DNA from: the human T2T-CHM13v2.0 reference genome, Homo sapiens | Strand: one strand, 5' to 3' | Assembly (NCBI RefSeq): GCF_009914755.1 | Contig: NC_060939.1 | Length of the DNA: 64,000 nt | Part shown: positions 48,389 through 61,340 of the stretch, piece after piece | Numbering within the stretch: the first letter of the stretch is position 1 | Layout of the letters: each line of letters opens with the position of its first letter | Program-made: the position numbers and the translations under genes | The notes under the pieces: generated by a model | Databases searched by the model: none | What the model was told of the DNA's origin: nothing | What the model saw: only the letters and a program-made list of their open reading frames with translations

Positions 48389-48850
48389 TGTCCATTTATT
48401 TGTTTCTTACTTCTGTAGATTTCTGGCTCAGTAAAGACAGAGATCACTCGGTCTTCTTTCTATATTTCTCATTATATTTTGTATTTTTTAATACAAAATT
48501 TGTACACTGACTAATCCATTTATAGTTTGGTGACTATGAAGAGTTCTCTATAATTCCCTATCTTTTTTAGCCCTTAATTAACTTCCACTGAAGGATAAGA
48601 GGAACCAGGGAGAGCAAGAAGTATATGTGATTTTATAATTCTGCCATCACCATGAAACTGTTTGTAGTGTTATATCTAGATATAGCTATCACCTCAAAAG
48701 CTGGCTAGGAAGGCCGACCATAGAGGAAATCAACTCAATCTATTTCCATTACCTCAGTGCTACTTGGGGTCATGTCCTACTTGGGCAAATAACTCACTTG
48801 GTAAGACATCAGAGGTGTTAAGAAAGAAACTAAGAGGGCTCCTTGGTCAC

Positions 48851-49430
48851 TGTCTCAGGCTCAGTTCTCCCAGAACCAAACCCTGAGACAATGATCACGT
48901 GGTTTCCCAAGGGCACAGATAGGGTACTGGAATAGTGAGACCAGGACTAGAGGAGGAAGACCTTTGCTTCAACACAAAGGTCAGTAATAAGAACACAATT
49001 ATCTTTGCTTCAAATTCGATTCAATATGAGATATGAATGTTATCTGCAGTATTGTAAGTCTACAAATATTAGCATAAGGTTTGAAAATGTGGAGACAATA
49101 TTGTATCCAGAAATGCAAACTAAACTGACCGAAGTGCATTAATGAGCCAGTGAGTTTATTGCTGCAAACCTGGAGCTTCATCTTGCTGGGAACCTGGGGT
49201 GATGAGTGAGAAAATGGGTATTTTTACTCTAACTCCCATCCCTCATTGGCTGGGAGCTACTCCCAAGGGGTGTGACACTCCCAGAACTTCTGGCCTTCCT
49301 TCAATGCATACTGGGACAATGTTCTTGGGAAGAATCCTGGGCATTGGTGTTTGGAGAAGGACCTCATTGGCATACACTGTAATGGAGGCAGCAGAGTGGC
49401 CATGGGTGGAGCGTGGCAGTGTCTGCTCCA
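48851..49430 (-). mobile_element. LTR16-like ERVL LTR carrying a templated insertion (48962-49130)
   Basis: tgtctcaggctcagttctcccagaaccaaaccctgagaca...gtgcattaatgagc...aactcccatccctcattggctggg. Confidence 0.6.
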
Positions 49431-52400
49431 GTTCTGTCATCAATAAAGGATCCAGACTGAGACCTAATGAACAATGTACACTTAACTGAGGGCAGTCACA
49501 GGCAGTCCTCTACACCACTGGGAAGTAGGATCATCTTTATGTTGTGTCAGTAATCAATATTTCTGTCACTATCAATTTCTCACATAGCTATTAGATCTCT
49601 TTCAGTCTTTGGAGTTTTTAAAATTTTTTTCCTCTTCCTGGAAAAAAAAAATATTGAGTTTAAAGGAGACCTTTTTAGTAACAATCATACATGTCCTGAC
49701 TTACTAAGATACTGAGATGTCTACAGGGCTAGGTAGGATTTGGAATACATATGGCTAGAAATTTTAATTGATTTTTATAAATTATTATTAATTGAAATAA
49801 ATTCATTTTCTTATCTCAGAAGTGATAATCAAGCGGATTTTGGCATCCCCCCCTTTTTTAAAAGTTTTATCTTACATCCTCTGCCCCATTTTCAAGACCA
49901 TTCATGAGGAACAAGCATAAATAATTGCCGTTTATAGTAAGTGCTTAAACAGACACCATCGCATGGTTTCAGGCACATAACTGAAGTGTTCTTTGTGAGT
50001 AATGAAATAAGGGCTGAAAATTGAAGATTGTTAAAAACGATAATTATTTTTAAAACTGGAAAAATTCGATGAGATGTAAATGTTATCTGGAGTATTATAA
50101 GTCTACAAATATTAGCATAGGGTTTGAAAATGTGTTTTGGAGACAATACTGTATCCAGAAATGCAAACTAAATTGACCAATTATCAATGTCCAAACTCTC
50201 TTAGCCCTTCTAACCAAAGGCTATAAAGGCAGTGTTTATACACAAGTTATAGGAAAAATTTAAAAGGAAAAATATTTGATGTTGCTATTCATAGTGTTCC
50301 TTTTGTTGAAAGCCCAAGTTCACATTGTTAAGACCGACTGGCATGGTTCTCAGGGACAGTTCAGCTCTTGTGTGTGTCCTTGGTCAAGAGAGGGATTAGA
50401 GACCTGAGGAGTCAGACCCAGTTTTGCTTTGTTAAATAGCTCTCTTCTCATGAAAGGAAAGGTCAGTAGTAAGAACACAATTATCTTTGCTTCAACCCTA
50501 AACCTTGACCAGTCTGTTAACTACTGAAAGCTTGAGTCAGAAACAGCTTCCTCCCACTCATGGTTTTATAGAAATTGTTTAATAGGGTACTTACTTCAAC
50601 AATGTATTTGAATTGCAGTGTGAGTATGAACAAGTATGAACGTGTCTTTTTAGTACCTGTTCATGGAAGGAAGAAACCATAGTAGCCTACAGCCACTGGG
50701 AACATAGCTCCCTCTCTTCCTCTAATGTTGCATGGCTGTCCATTCTAAGGAGCAATAATGTGAAGTCTAGGACTAGAGAAAACAGACTAACTTGATGATA
50801 TTCTATAGGTTTTAGGCAAAATTACTTACTTGGGGGTAGCTATTATTAATAGAATTATTTGCATTTAACAGAAGATGTCGTGTCCTTTGCTCCCTGAGAT
50901 TTAACTTCCCTGTATCAAATTGAGCAGCCACCAGCTTTCATCAAATTTCACCAGATTTCATCAAATCTTACTGAGTTCTCCTCTATGTCAGAATCTGGTG
51001 TAGACTCTGGAGCTACTTACAGAATGGTTTCTTGTTTTACAGCCTCTGTGCCCAGGTTTATGTGGAAACAAAATCATAATATGAGTGTGATGAGGGTGAA
51101 GAAGTGAAGGAAGGAAGGAGGGAGGGAGATGCAAACTCACTAGGCTTAGACACACTTGGGTGGGTGTTTCTCTAATAAATCCCTTCCTTCTCTACTGCAG
51201 AGCAGTGCAGAAAAGCGATCTGAAGAACCCTCTGACATAAAGCCAGTAGACCCTCATCCACATCTTGCTTCTTCTCCTTGAACTGACAGAAAGTCACATA
51301 CAAGCCTCCCAGTGTTTCAACTCAACATTTTTTGTTTCTCCAAGCCACCACTGCTGTTGTAAAACCTACTTAATCTTACTACTGGCTTCCAACTCTCACT
51401 TCCATCAATAATTACTACCCAGAGACAAGAACTAATCCACATATGAAGACCTTGGAAGCTTTTATTGTTCAACACAAAAGCAAGACTACCAAAGTTCATT
51501 TGTAAGAGGAAAGCAGAACTTAGTGGTGACTTTTCAAAGATGTTTTAGGACTAGTCCTAAAATGAGGCATCAACCAATATCTTGGTTCATCTAAGAAAGT
51601 CCCTCAGTAGAACACTGTCAGGTATTATCTCTATGAATACCCTTACTCAGATAACCATATGACAAACTTGCTCAGGAAATAATAAAGTGTTTCTTTTTAG
51701 AACTATGGGATTGGTCTCAACCAATATAACTAAATTATTAAAGTATGGAGTGGCACTAGATGCAGAGAACATTTCTTACCCAAAGTGTCATGATATCAAA
51801 GATGACCAATGTTCTGGGTACTAGAAATGTAGTGGAGAACCAGAAAGACAGGATCCTTCTCTCCTGCAGACTATGTTTTGATGAGGATGATAGACATGAT
51901 GGAAACACTTTACTAATAAATACCTGTAGTGCTACTAGGGAGAAGCAACAGGATCCGTAGAAAATTCCAATGACAACCTGAGATACCAACAACCCAATAT
52001 TTTGCAAATAGCTCACATATATTGCCTTCAGTTGACTTAATTTACTGCTTCTGGAATCATATACTTGTCTTCTAAGGTCTTCAAATTTCTTCTTGAAAAC
52101 AATCAAGCAAAAACAGTGATCATTCTCTTCCCTTCAGATATCAAAGAAGAGATCATTATTAATAAATTCTGGAAGGATAAGTAAAACTCAGAAGAGATCT
52201 ATGCTGCTTAAAGTTCATTTTCCCAGTAAAATTCTAATGTCTTCCCAGTATCATGATGGGGTGAGGCTGTGTTTTCTGCCCCCTCCAGCTTGGCCTTCTG
52301 TCCAGTGGATTCTGGCCCAGCCCCACCCTCAACTCTAATTAAGGTGTTTTGCAAACACGCTTATCTGACATGAGGACACAGCAAACAATAAAGTGATGAG

Positions 52401-54047
52401 GCATCACCACTCTGAAATGAAACCTTTGTTTTAAAATCCAGTCTTCTGCCCCCTCTCTGTTGAAACTCCCATTGCCTAGAGCATAAAGGAAGCCCTGACA
52501 ATCCTTTCCCTGGCTCTGGCAGATGCTACAGTGGCTGATGCTCAAATTGCTTCCTTTCCCCATGTATTCTGCTAGAGGCAGAAAGGAAATCACTCTAAGG
52601 AGTAACTCATTCAGCCATTGTATTGACACTGCTACATCTGCCCAGATGAACGGCATTTTTATTTATTTATTTTTATTTTGCAGTCACTCAGAGGTAGATG
52701 AACACTTGTACATTTGACGACTAACAGGCAAACAATTACATTTTAAATGTTGTAATTGGCAGATATTCTGATTCTATTGGAGGATTTTTGTTTTCCACAT
52801 TAGTAGTCTTCTTTGAGAGTGAGCTTGAGATACATTTATATGACTATTTTTAGAGAAAGGTATAAATGTACAATGACGTGGAATTAGTATGAATAGCTTA
52901 AAAGCAGAGGGTTCCAGTGAGTGAAAGAATGTTGGGGTTTATATATTTCTATACCAGGTTTCCTAAAGAGAATATTAATAGAAAATAAAAAGGTGAAGTG
53001 ACTTGCTCAAAAGCATACAGACAATTAGATGCTTGAGAAGAACGTCAGACCTGGCATTTGATCCTGACAATGTAATCCTCTCTGCATAATCACTCACTTT
53101 AAGAGGCAAAACAGAAATCACAGTGTTGAATTGTCAAATAAACATTAGACATGCATTTAGTAATCACTCAATTTTGATAAGCAATAAAATTTAATAAACA
53201 CCAAATATAAAGAGGTCAAGGAATTTTAAGGAAAAAGTTAGGAAGTTAGATAAGTCTTACGAACATCGTAAAAGTCTATAAGGAATCCAAACCGGAAAGA
53301 TCCTATAATATATAACCACTCAAGGGGGAAGGGAGACCTGGGGAAAATGTGCTGATCAAATTTTATTTCTTGACGTAAGGGCTGGTTAAACTTGTGTGTT
53401 CCCTAGGTGAAAAAGCATCAAACTGTTTGCTTATTGGCTGTGTCTTTTCTTATGTTTGAATTTTTCCTTAGGAGACTATTAGCCTTGTCTGAACTTCAAG
53501 AGTAATATAGATGAGTGTTTAAAAAAATTGTATTTTTTCCAATCTTAGTAGGGACATGGGAAATAGTAGTCTTTGAAAACCCTTAGAAAATCAGATTAAT
53601 GGTTGAGTTCAAGGGAGACTTTGGGTCCTGTCACAAGCCACTTGACTCTCTTGCTGGTCCTTATTTGTGAAAAGGAAGATCATAAGATATTTACCTCCTT
53701 GAAAGTTAGTGGATATATGGAAATGCTGTTGACGTTCTTCCTATTAAAATGGGTGAAGAGTATGGGTGAGTAAACATGACCAGCTTAGATCAAATGAACC
53801 CCCCCATAACCTTTAGCCTCGTGTTTATAGAAGCAATAACAGTAAATCTCCTCCTCTATAATTTTGCATAGTTCTCTATACTCCAACAATCATTCTACCT
53901 GCATCTGAAGCAACTATGAACATCTTTAACCACCACACACTCTATGATCTTTGGTTTAATTATTCAAAGATTAATAATTTGGGTATCTATAGAATTTTTG
54001 TCAAAGTCATGTATCCAAAGATAAGGTAGTGGATTTTGGTTAGCTGC

Positions 54048-54580
54048 TGTGGTGGCTTTAAAACATGGCTCCGAGACTCTTTGACGTCTTCTCCCATTGA
54101 GAAGTTGGGGCTATTGTCCTATCTGTTGAATATGAGCGGGCTTATAATCCTTAGACCAGTACAGTACTGTGTGAGTTCTGAGACTGATTCCTCAGAGGTG
54201 AGGCAGCTCCTACTGTGTTGGAATGCATGGGCTTGGAGTCCTGAGTTGACATGTAGGAAGATTAACTACCCTGAGACCACTATGCTATGAGAAAGCCAAG
54301 CCACATGGAGACACCACATGGAGGTGCTTCAGTCTGAGTGAATCCAGCCCAAAAACCAGGCATAAATGAAGGAGCCTTCAGGTGACTCCAGCCCTAGCCA
54401 CTAAGTCACCCCATCTTAGGCTTCAAGTCATCACAGCTAAGGCCCTAGACATTGAGGAGCACAGACAAGTCGTTCAATTGGGCCCTTGCTGAAGTCCTGG
54501 CCCACAGAATCCCCAAGTCTAATAAAATGGTTATATCAGTAAGTTTGGGGGTAGTTTTTTATGCAGCAACACTACTGGAA
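54048..54580 (+). mobile_element. MLT1G/H-type MaLR solo LTR
   Basis: TGTGGTGGctttaaaacatggctcc...ctcccattgagaagttgggg...taactaccctgagaccactatgct...aagtttgggggtagttttttatgcagcaa. Confidence 0.85.
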
Positions 54581-57494
54581 GAGGAGCTTAAGGAAATCAA
54601 AGTTTAATTAAAAGTAGCTAGACTCTTTTTGTATGAACAAGAATTAGCCCTGGCCACTGGGAATATGGAATAGGGATGTCATGGGCACTGGATATCAGAA
54701 AGCATGGGTCCTGACACCATATGTGGATGTAGATGCAGCTGTAGTTGCATCATTTACCAGGAGAGGAACTCCAATGCCTTCCCTAACATAGATAGGGTTG
54801 TTACAAGAATAACAACATTCATGAAAGCACTTTAAACTATAAGACACTATAGAGGTAGAAGCTCTTATTAAGGGTTATGCTTTCTTCTTGGTGAAGATAA
54901 TTTTATGCTGATCCTACTGACAACTGCTTGTCTTCTAGCTCAAGTTGAAAGGATGGGAGACACAGGAACATCCAGAATGACTGGACAATTGAGAAGAGCC
55001 ATTATACACCATTAGCATATGAAACACTGCTTGTGGTCCATCTTGAGTCTGCTTTGAGTGACAGTATTTGAGCTGCAAAGTGAATACACGTTCTAGTTTG
55101 AGGAAGGTGACTGAAGGTCAACAGAATAGAGCCATCTGCACTTGTGGTAGAGGTGTCACTTCAACTTTTCACGCCAAGGAGAATGATATTCATAGAATAC
55201 TGAATAGAGAGATGGTATTTCATGATTATTAGATCCTACATTTTCTGTCACCAACATTTTAAAACCAGGAACTTTGAGCTGTCTAAGTTGAAAGAGAAAA
55301 TTCTCCCTCAGTGGAGAACTAATGGCATTCCTAAGCTTTCCTGACTACAGAAGACTTCTTCAAATCCAGCTCCTAAGTATAAAGTATAAACAATAATCTG
55401 GTCATACTACCTCATTTGGTTCTGCTATGAAATGGGGATACCTCTCCTCATTAGGAAACTTTTAATATAAATATTTGGAGCTCGCAGTGCAAGGAAAGGA
55501 TTAGGCAATTGTTTTACTGCTGAAGAAGCTTTAGCAGGGGTGTGGGGGCTAAGCTCTAATGTACAATGGAGCTAATTCTGAATATCAGATTAAAATTGCT
55601 CTTGTACATTTTTTTCCTTCTCCAAACAGTATTGTATTTTATACACATCGTATGAAGATCTCCTCCCTGTGTGAATGCTGGTTTGTATCCCCCACCCTGT
55701 ATCTCTTAACAAGCTCCTTGGTGCAGCTGAAATTAATGCTTTAATGCTTCCTGTCGTTTTAAATAATGTGACATTGAAATACAATTTTTTTAATGTGCTG
55801 GCATTTAACATGCCACAATATTTCAGTTATTTTACATTCATTTGGGTGCTCTCGTGTTATTACAGCTGTTATGAAATTCTGACAAAGAGGTGCATTTCTT
55901 TCTTCTCTTCCACCATAATTGCTTTTTGCTACATCTCTGAACCGTAACCATGGCGATCTGCAACATTCATCAGAGGACCTCTTGTTATTTCCCTCGTGTG
56001 AATGAAAAACAAAGTGGTATAAATACTAGAAGTTTCTTAAAGGCAGCTTTTTCTCCGTTTTTTTTTTCTCTTTCCTTCTGTATTTTTTTCATCCTTTTCT
56101 TCTTTATCCTCTTTTTTTTTAATTTTTTTTTTTTAGTTTCCAAATGTGGAAGATCTATTGAGGGGAAATTAAGTTGCATAGTTAGAAGTTTTTGATATAT
56201 TTTAAAAGGAGAAATTGTTTATTCGGGGTCTTTTTGTGGAAAGCATGAAGAGAAAATGAGAAGTTGGTGCTTTCAGGAAGAAGGAACTGTTGTCAATTTA
56301 AAAAAAAAAGGTTTCGTCTTTTCTAAATTTGACTTGTTACAAACAAGTCCTTGTTTGAGCTACTTAATGTGGACTATCATTACCATATTGGAGCCATATT
56401 ACTGACATTTGGACTTGATCTTCCTTTGTGAGGGGGTGTGGATTGAAGTGACCATGTCCTGGTTTCACTTTAAATTGCCATCTTTCTGGCAATTTGGGAG
56501 CATATCGGGAGGCCAACCCTATCTACTTTCTCCGTACTGTTCTCAACTCTTCTTTAGTCTTTGTGTTCAGGATTATCAGGTTTAATTTGAGGTTTGGGGT
56601 AAAATTGAAACAGAATTTCCATTAGCTATTCTCTGTGAGAACACAGTACAGGTAAACTCGAGGACCCTGCTGTGATGCTGTGCCAAGACCAGCAGCAAAC
56701 CTGAGAGTCAGCTTCACCTGAAGCATCAATACATTCCCAATTAACTATTTTAACGACTTGAAGGCAAAGCAATGTGGACTTTTATTAACTTTATAGGACT
56801 GTTAAACATAGATTTTTTTTCTAGAACTTTAGAAAGCTCACCTCACTTTTCATGGCTTTTCCAACATTTTTGGACATCAATAAAATTATTAAATATGTAA
56901 CATTTTCAATGAAGCAGAGAATTTATAAGAAGAAACCCAGTTCTTGGTGCAACCTAAAGAAACAGACTTATTTTTGCCAATATTTTGTAATTTTCTGTTT
57001 TTCTATTTAAGTTCTCCACTGTATCTATTGCAGTAGATCTACTCTTGGTACTAGTGGTAAGAGATATCAATAACAGCAATGTATTTTTGAGGCACAATTA
57101 CAGCAAAAGCCATTGCCTATGAGTATTCATAGAATTGTTTACACCAAAACTTTAACCTTAATAAAATTATTTTTTAATGAAAATTAAACATAAGTCTGCC
57201 ACTTTTTGTTAAAAAATTTGGGTTTAAAAAATTGAGCCAGCCCAATACACCCATTCTGCTGGCCCATAGCAATTAGTCAAAAGTATCAATAAATACTTTC
57301 AGTAATTGTGTGGCCATGAGAACGTACTTTTCTGACATCTACTTCATGGATCTTCATTAGCCAGGGCCCCAGCTGCTGTCCTTTGAAAATTATTGCCCTG
57401 TTTGCACCCAGGCCACATTTCCTGAAAGCTGCTCCAGCCAATGATTGAGTGAAGATAAAGTTAGTGTTCTACAAGCAATTCATCTTTATATACC

Positions 57495-57670
57495 ATTATA
57501 TAATTTGCAAAGTACTCACACTGGAGCATCTCATAATCTCTAATATAATTCAATAATTTGGGCAGGGAAGTCATGATTATCCTTATTTTGCAGACAAGGA
57601 CACTAGGGCTCTGAAGTTACATGGCTAAACATGAAAGTATTTATTCTAAATCTTCTAGAACCAAGCACTC
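57495..57670 (-). mobile_element. MIR relic
   Basis: attatccttattttgcagacaaggacactagggctctgaagtta. Confidence 0.65.
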
Positions 57671-58170
57671 TTCTAGATGAGTGAAACTATTCACCCATAT
57701 ATTTATCCAATGGGTATTTCATGAGTATCCACCAGGTCAGACACTATTAGTTGATGATAAATTATCTAACGAAGATCTGTGAGCTCAGACACAGATGCCC
57801 AGGTGATTCACTAAACCTAATGGGCTGAGGGGCTGTGGTATATTCTGAGAATAGAAGACAGAGAAGATTAAAATAAAAAATATTTTGAGATGCCAAACAC
57901 AATTTGGCCAGATGGTCCAACCCCATCTCTTGCCTCTCATTCTTGAACAGGTCCAGATAAAAAAGACTCTCCATTCAAACTTGAATCATAAACACAAAGG
58001 ATTACTCACATGCTACAAACCTAGAAGGGAATTCATACGAAAAGCTAAAAGGCATTAAAATGGCATTTCAGAAGGAGAATTACCTTAGGGAACAGGAAAA
58101 ACATAACTGATACATAAAGAAATGAAGTCAAGTGAAAGAATGCAAGAAAGTGGTAAACAATCAGAAAGCC

Positions 58171-58171
<1 letters not shown>

Positions 58172-58209
<38 letters not shown>
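58172..58209. repeat. (CA)n microsatellite
   Basis: Seen directly. Confidence 0.97.
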
Positions 58210-58212
<3 letters not shown>

Positions 58213-58324
58213 CAAGTAGAAAAATGCTTCTGGAAATGGAAGCCAAACAAACTAGGCAAATTTGTTTGAATGAAGAACACTCGGATTATAGATTTATGGA
58301 ACGTGTGAGTAGCAGGGAGACTTC

Positions 58325-58418
58325 TGAGATGGGTGCAAAAGTAGTTGCAGTTTTGGCCATTACTTTTAATGGCCAAACTTAGTGATCAAAACTACAATTA
58401 CTTTTTCATCAATTAATA
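58325..58418. mobile_element. MADE1 (Hsmar1-derived) palindromic MITE with a small internal insertion
   Basis: ggtgcaaaagtagttgcagttttggccattacttttaatggccaaa[cttagtgatc]aaaactacaattactttttcatcaa. Confidence 0.9.
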
Positions 58419-59009
58419 GACATACCTGTAGCAATACATCAGTACACTGGTACTAGTTCAGCGCCGGGACCCTGTCTCCACCTTCATTTCTGCTTCTCTG
58501 CACATTTCACTTATTCTTACCACAAGCTTTCTTCATGGGGCCACTGGCAGCTCCATGTTCTACATTGTAAAAATTTCACCACCAAATCAGGAATAACTTG
58601 GTTTCCCAGTTTCAGTTTGAAAAATCTCAGTGATAGATTCTGAATGGCTTACTGCTTGACTGATTAGCTGTGGCCAATGGAGGGCTGGGCTATGTGAGAA
58701 TATGAAAACACCGAGGTAACCATGTGGTCTGGTGAGAGCAGAGTAGAATTAGAAGTTCCTCAGTGAAAGGGGAAGAGGGTGCCAGACAGATAATCCCAGG
58801 GATACCCAGTAGAGAAAGATGATTGAGAAAAAATGTCAGATCCTGACAGCATGCACCATAAAAAAAATTTTAGAGTGAATAAAATAAAAGGTAAAACAAA
58901 AGTAGCAGAAATTAAACGAGAGAAAAGATAGTTCTTTTTCCTCTTGGACGTTTTGTGTTTATAAAGAAGAAACTTATTTTTGTTACAAATGCTTCCATTA
59001 CAAGGATCA

Positions 59010-59450
59010 GTATCCATGCACTCACTCAAAAAATATTTCTTATCAAATGCCTACTTTGTGCCAATCACTATTCTAGGTAAATAAATATCAATGCAAAAAA
59101 CAATGACAAGTTTTCTGCTCTCACAGAGCTCACTCTCTAATGGGGGCAAGGCAGAGACAAACACAGGCAAAGATAAAATTAGAAATAGGGAGATGTGATA
59201 GATACTGGGTGGGTTACGCTGAACTGTGTGGACTCTGAGATGACATTTAGGCTGAGCCATTAATTACAAAAAGCAGTCATGCATAAATCAGGGAGAAAAG
59301 CATTTTGGGAAGAGGGAATAGCTAGTGAAAAAGTCTTCAAAACTTGGGACAGAAAGCAAGACAGAGTGGCTAGAAGGCACTGGTGGAGGAAGTGAGTAGT
59401 ATCAGATAAAGTTAAAGAGGTCAGCAGGAATCAGACCACGTCCATCATTG
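59010..59450 (-). mobile_element. L2 3' portion
   Basis: cactcactcaaaaaatatttcttatcaaatgcctactttgtgcca...ctgagatgacatttaggctgag. Confidence 0.8.
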
Positions 59451-59499
59451 GAAGGGAAGAGCTAGTTTCTAAAGATTGGATCTTCAGATAGAAGGAGAT

Positions 59500-61340
59500 G
59501 TTCTAGAATAGAAATAAAAATTGGAAAATATCAATATAGTTGACCACATAAATTTCTATGTTCTGTGTAAAGAATATAAAAAAACTTAAGAAAATATTAA
59601 ACAGGAAAGATATTTTGTAATAATTATCATATAGAGTTGATACTCAATAAAATGTAAATTAATATTTTCAATTAATGAGGAAACTAAAATATTAAGGAAA
59701 AATATGGGCAAGAGAAATGGGCATATAATTTAGGGGAAATATATGTATTTTTCAAAAACTTCACTGTCAATGTATCAACCAGATTACTAAACAAAGAAGT
59801 GCCAAGTGGAACAATTAAAGGTCGTTTTTATCGAAAATGGTGAAGACTTTAAAGAAAAAACTAATCTGGTGAAACTGTGGTGAGCTAAGCACACCTGCAC
59901 AAATTTCAGGCAAAATTAACATAACTTTTACAGGGTCAACCTGGCAACATATATGTAATCTTTATGATATTTATATCATTTGGTTCTAAAATTCCATTTT
60001 AAGAGATATACCTTAAGAAATTAACCAGACGTGAAAAAGATTTCTACCTAAGGAGTTTGTTGCGGGATTAGTAAGTAAAAACAAACTGGAAAGAACCTAA
60101 GTATCTGACAATAAGATATTAATCCTGACTAGTCCTGTCTGTCTTCAGTCTCTCACCATTTCAGTTAGATTTTATGGCTCATGATTTTAATGGAATTTTC
60201 CAATTACTTCAACTCTCCTGCCTCTGTATTTTTACCATTCCAGTGTCTGACAAATCCCTAACCCTAGACCATCTCTCTCCCACTTTCTAGTTATTAAGAG
60301 TTCCCTGTCACCATGGTAATGCTAGCATCTTGGACACCAGCCTCTTGCACGCACCCCTGAAACTGGCTTTTAGTTGACCTTCCTGCACCCGCTTATGTGC
60401 AGCCATCCTCTTCAGTACAGTCAGAATGGTCTGAAACTCAAATCTGCTCACACTCATTGCCATCCCTCCCCACATGGCTGCCTTTGGAAGCTGAAACCAC
60501 TTCACAGAATGAAAAGAAATTCTTAGTGGGGTCTACATTCCCTAATTGATGTGAGCCCTACCTTCCTTTCCAGACTTTTCTTCCATCCTTTACTCTTAGC
60601 CTTTGGGTTTCAGTTATATTGTCTTTCGTAGAGTTCTGCCAATATGCCCATCGTTCTTGTCAACTGGCTTTGCACATGCTATTCCTTATGCCTGGAACAG
60701 TCTTTCTCAATCTGCTCCATCTTTTTTCACCCATTTCACTTTAATGATGCCTTCAGATCTCAGCTCAATCTTTTCCTCATTCGTGACTTCCCTAACCAGG
60801 TCAATTCCCCTATTTGTATATGCTTATATTCCAATGTACTTTTACTATTTTATACCTGTGAGTTATAAATGTCTATTTCCATGTTTGAGCCATTGACAAT
60901 GTATATCTTTCTTACTGTTTAGTGAGGAACATATAAGATCCACATATGCAGATAGTATGTCTGCTTTGGAAATGGCTGTATTCCTAGCACTCATCCTGGT
61001 ATATAGTAGGTACTCAATACACATTTGTTGAGAATAAAGGATTAAATGATGCGTGTCCTTAAAAAGAAAGGTCATACACCACTAAAATTGAAGAATTTTT
61101 AAAGGATAAACATTTTAATACAAATCTATACATAAAACTGTATATAAGATGTCACATGGTTATACAGTTTTATACCTATATATGCAAAAAATGTACATGA
61201 AACTAGTTATCTCATGTATGCTTCTGGAATTTCCAGATAGTGGGATTATGCATAAGTTTTGTTCACTTGTTTCTAATTATCTTGCGAAAAGTTTCAACAA
61301 TGAGTTTATAGGGCTTTTATTATCTGAAAAAATACTTTAA
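59500..61340 (+). mobile_element. Ancient L1ME-like 3' pieces (59500-60120, 61060-61340) around an L2 3' portion (60130-61045)
   Basis: aaacaaactggaaagaacctaagtatctgacaata (L1); ctttgcacatgctattccttatgcctggaac, atagtaggtactcaatacacatttgttga (L2). Confidence 0.7.

Noticed and set aside
48999-50146. Two similar short ORFs (HIFKPYANICRL..LQITF) as a paralogous peptide pair
   Set aside because: Similarity is fully explained by the local DNA duplication; no coding signal
52276-52460. Two ctgccccct motifs as CTCF sites
   Set aside because: Match only the 3' half of the CTCF core; the 5' CCASY positions mismatch
56571-56651. Possible exon (tgtgttcag|...cag|gtaaac)
   Set aside because: Weak donor and no other support; such pairs are frequent by chance
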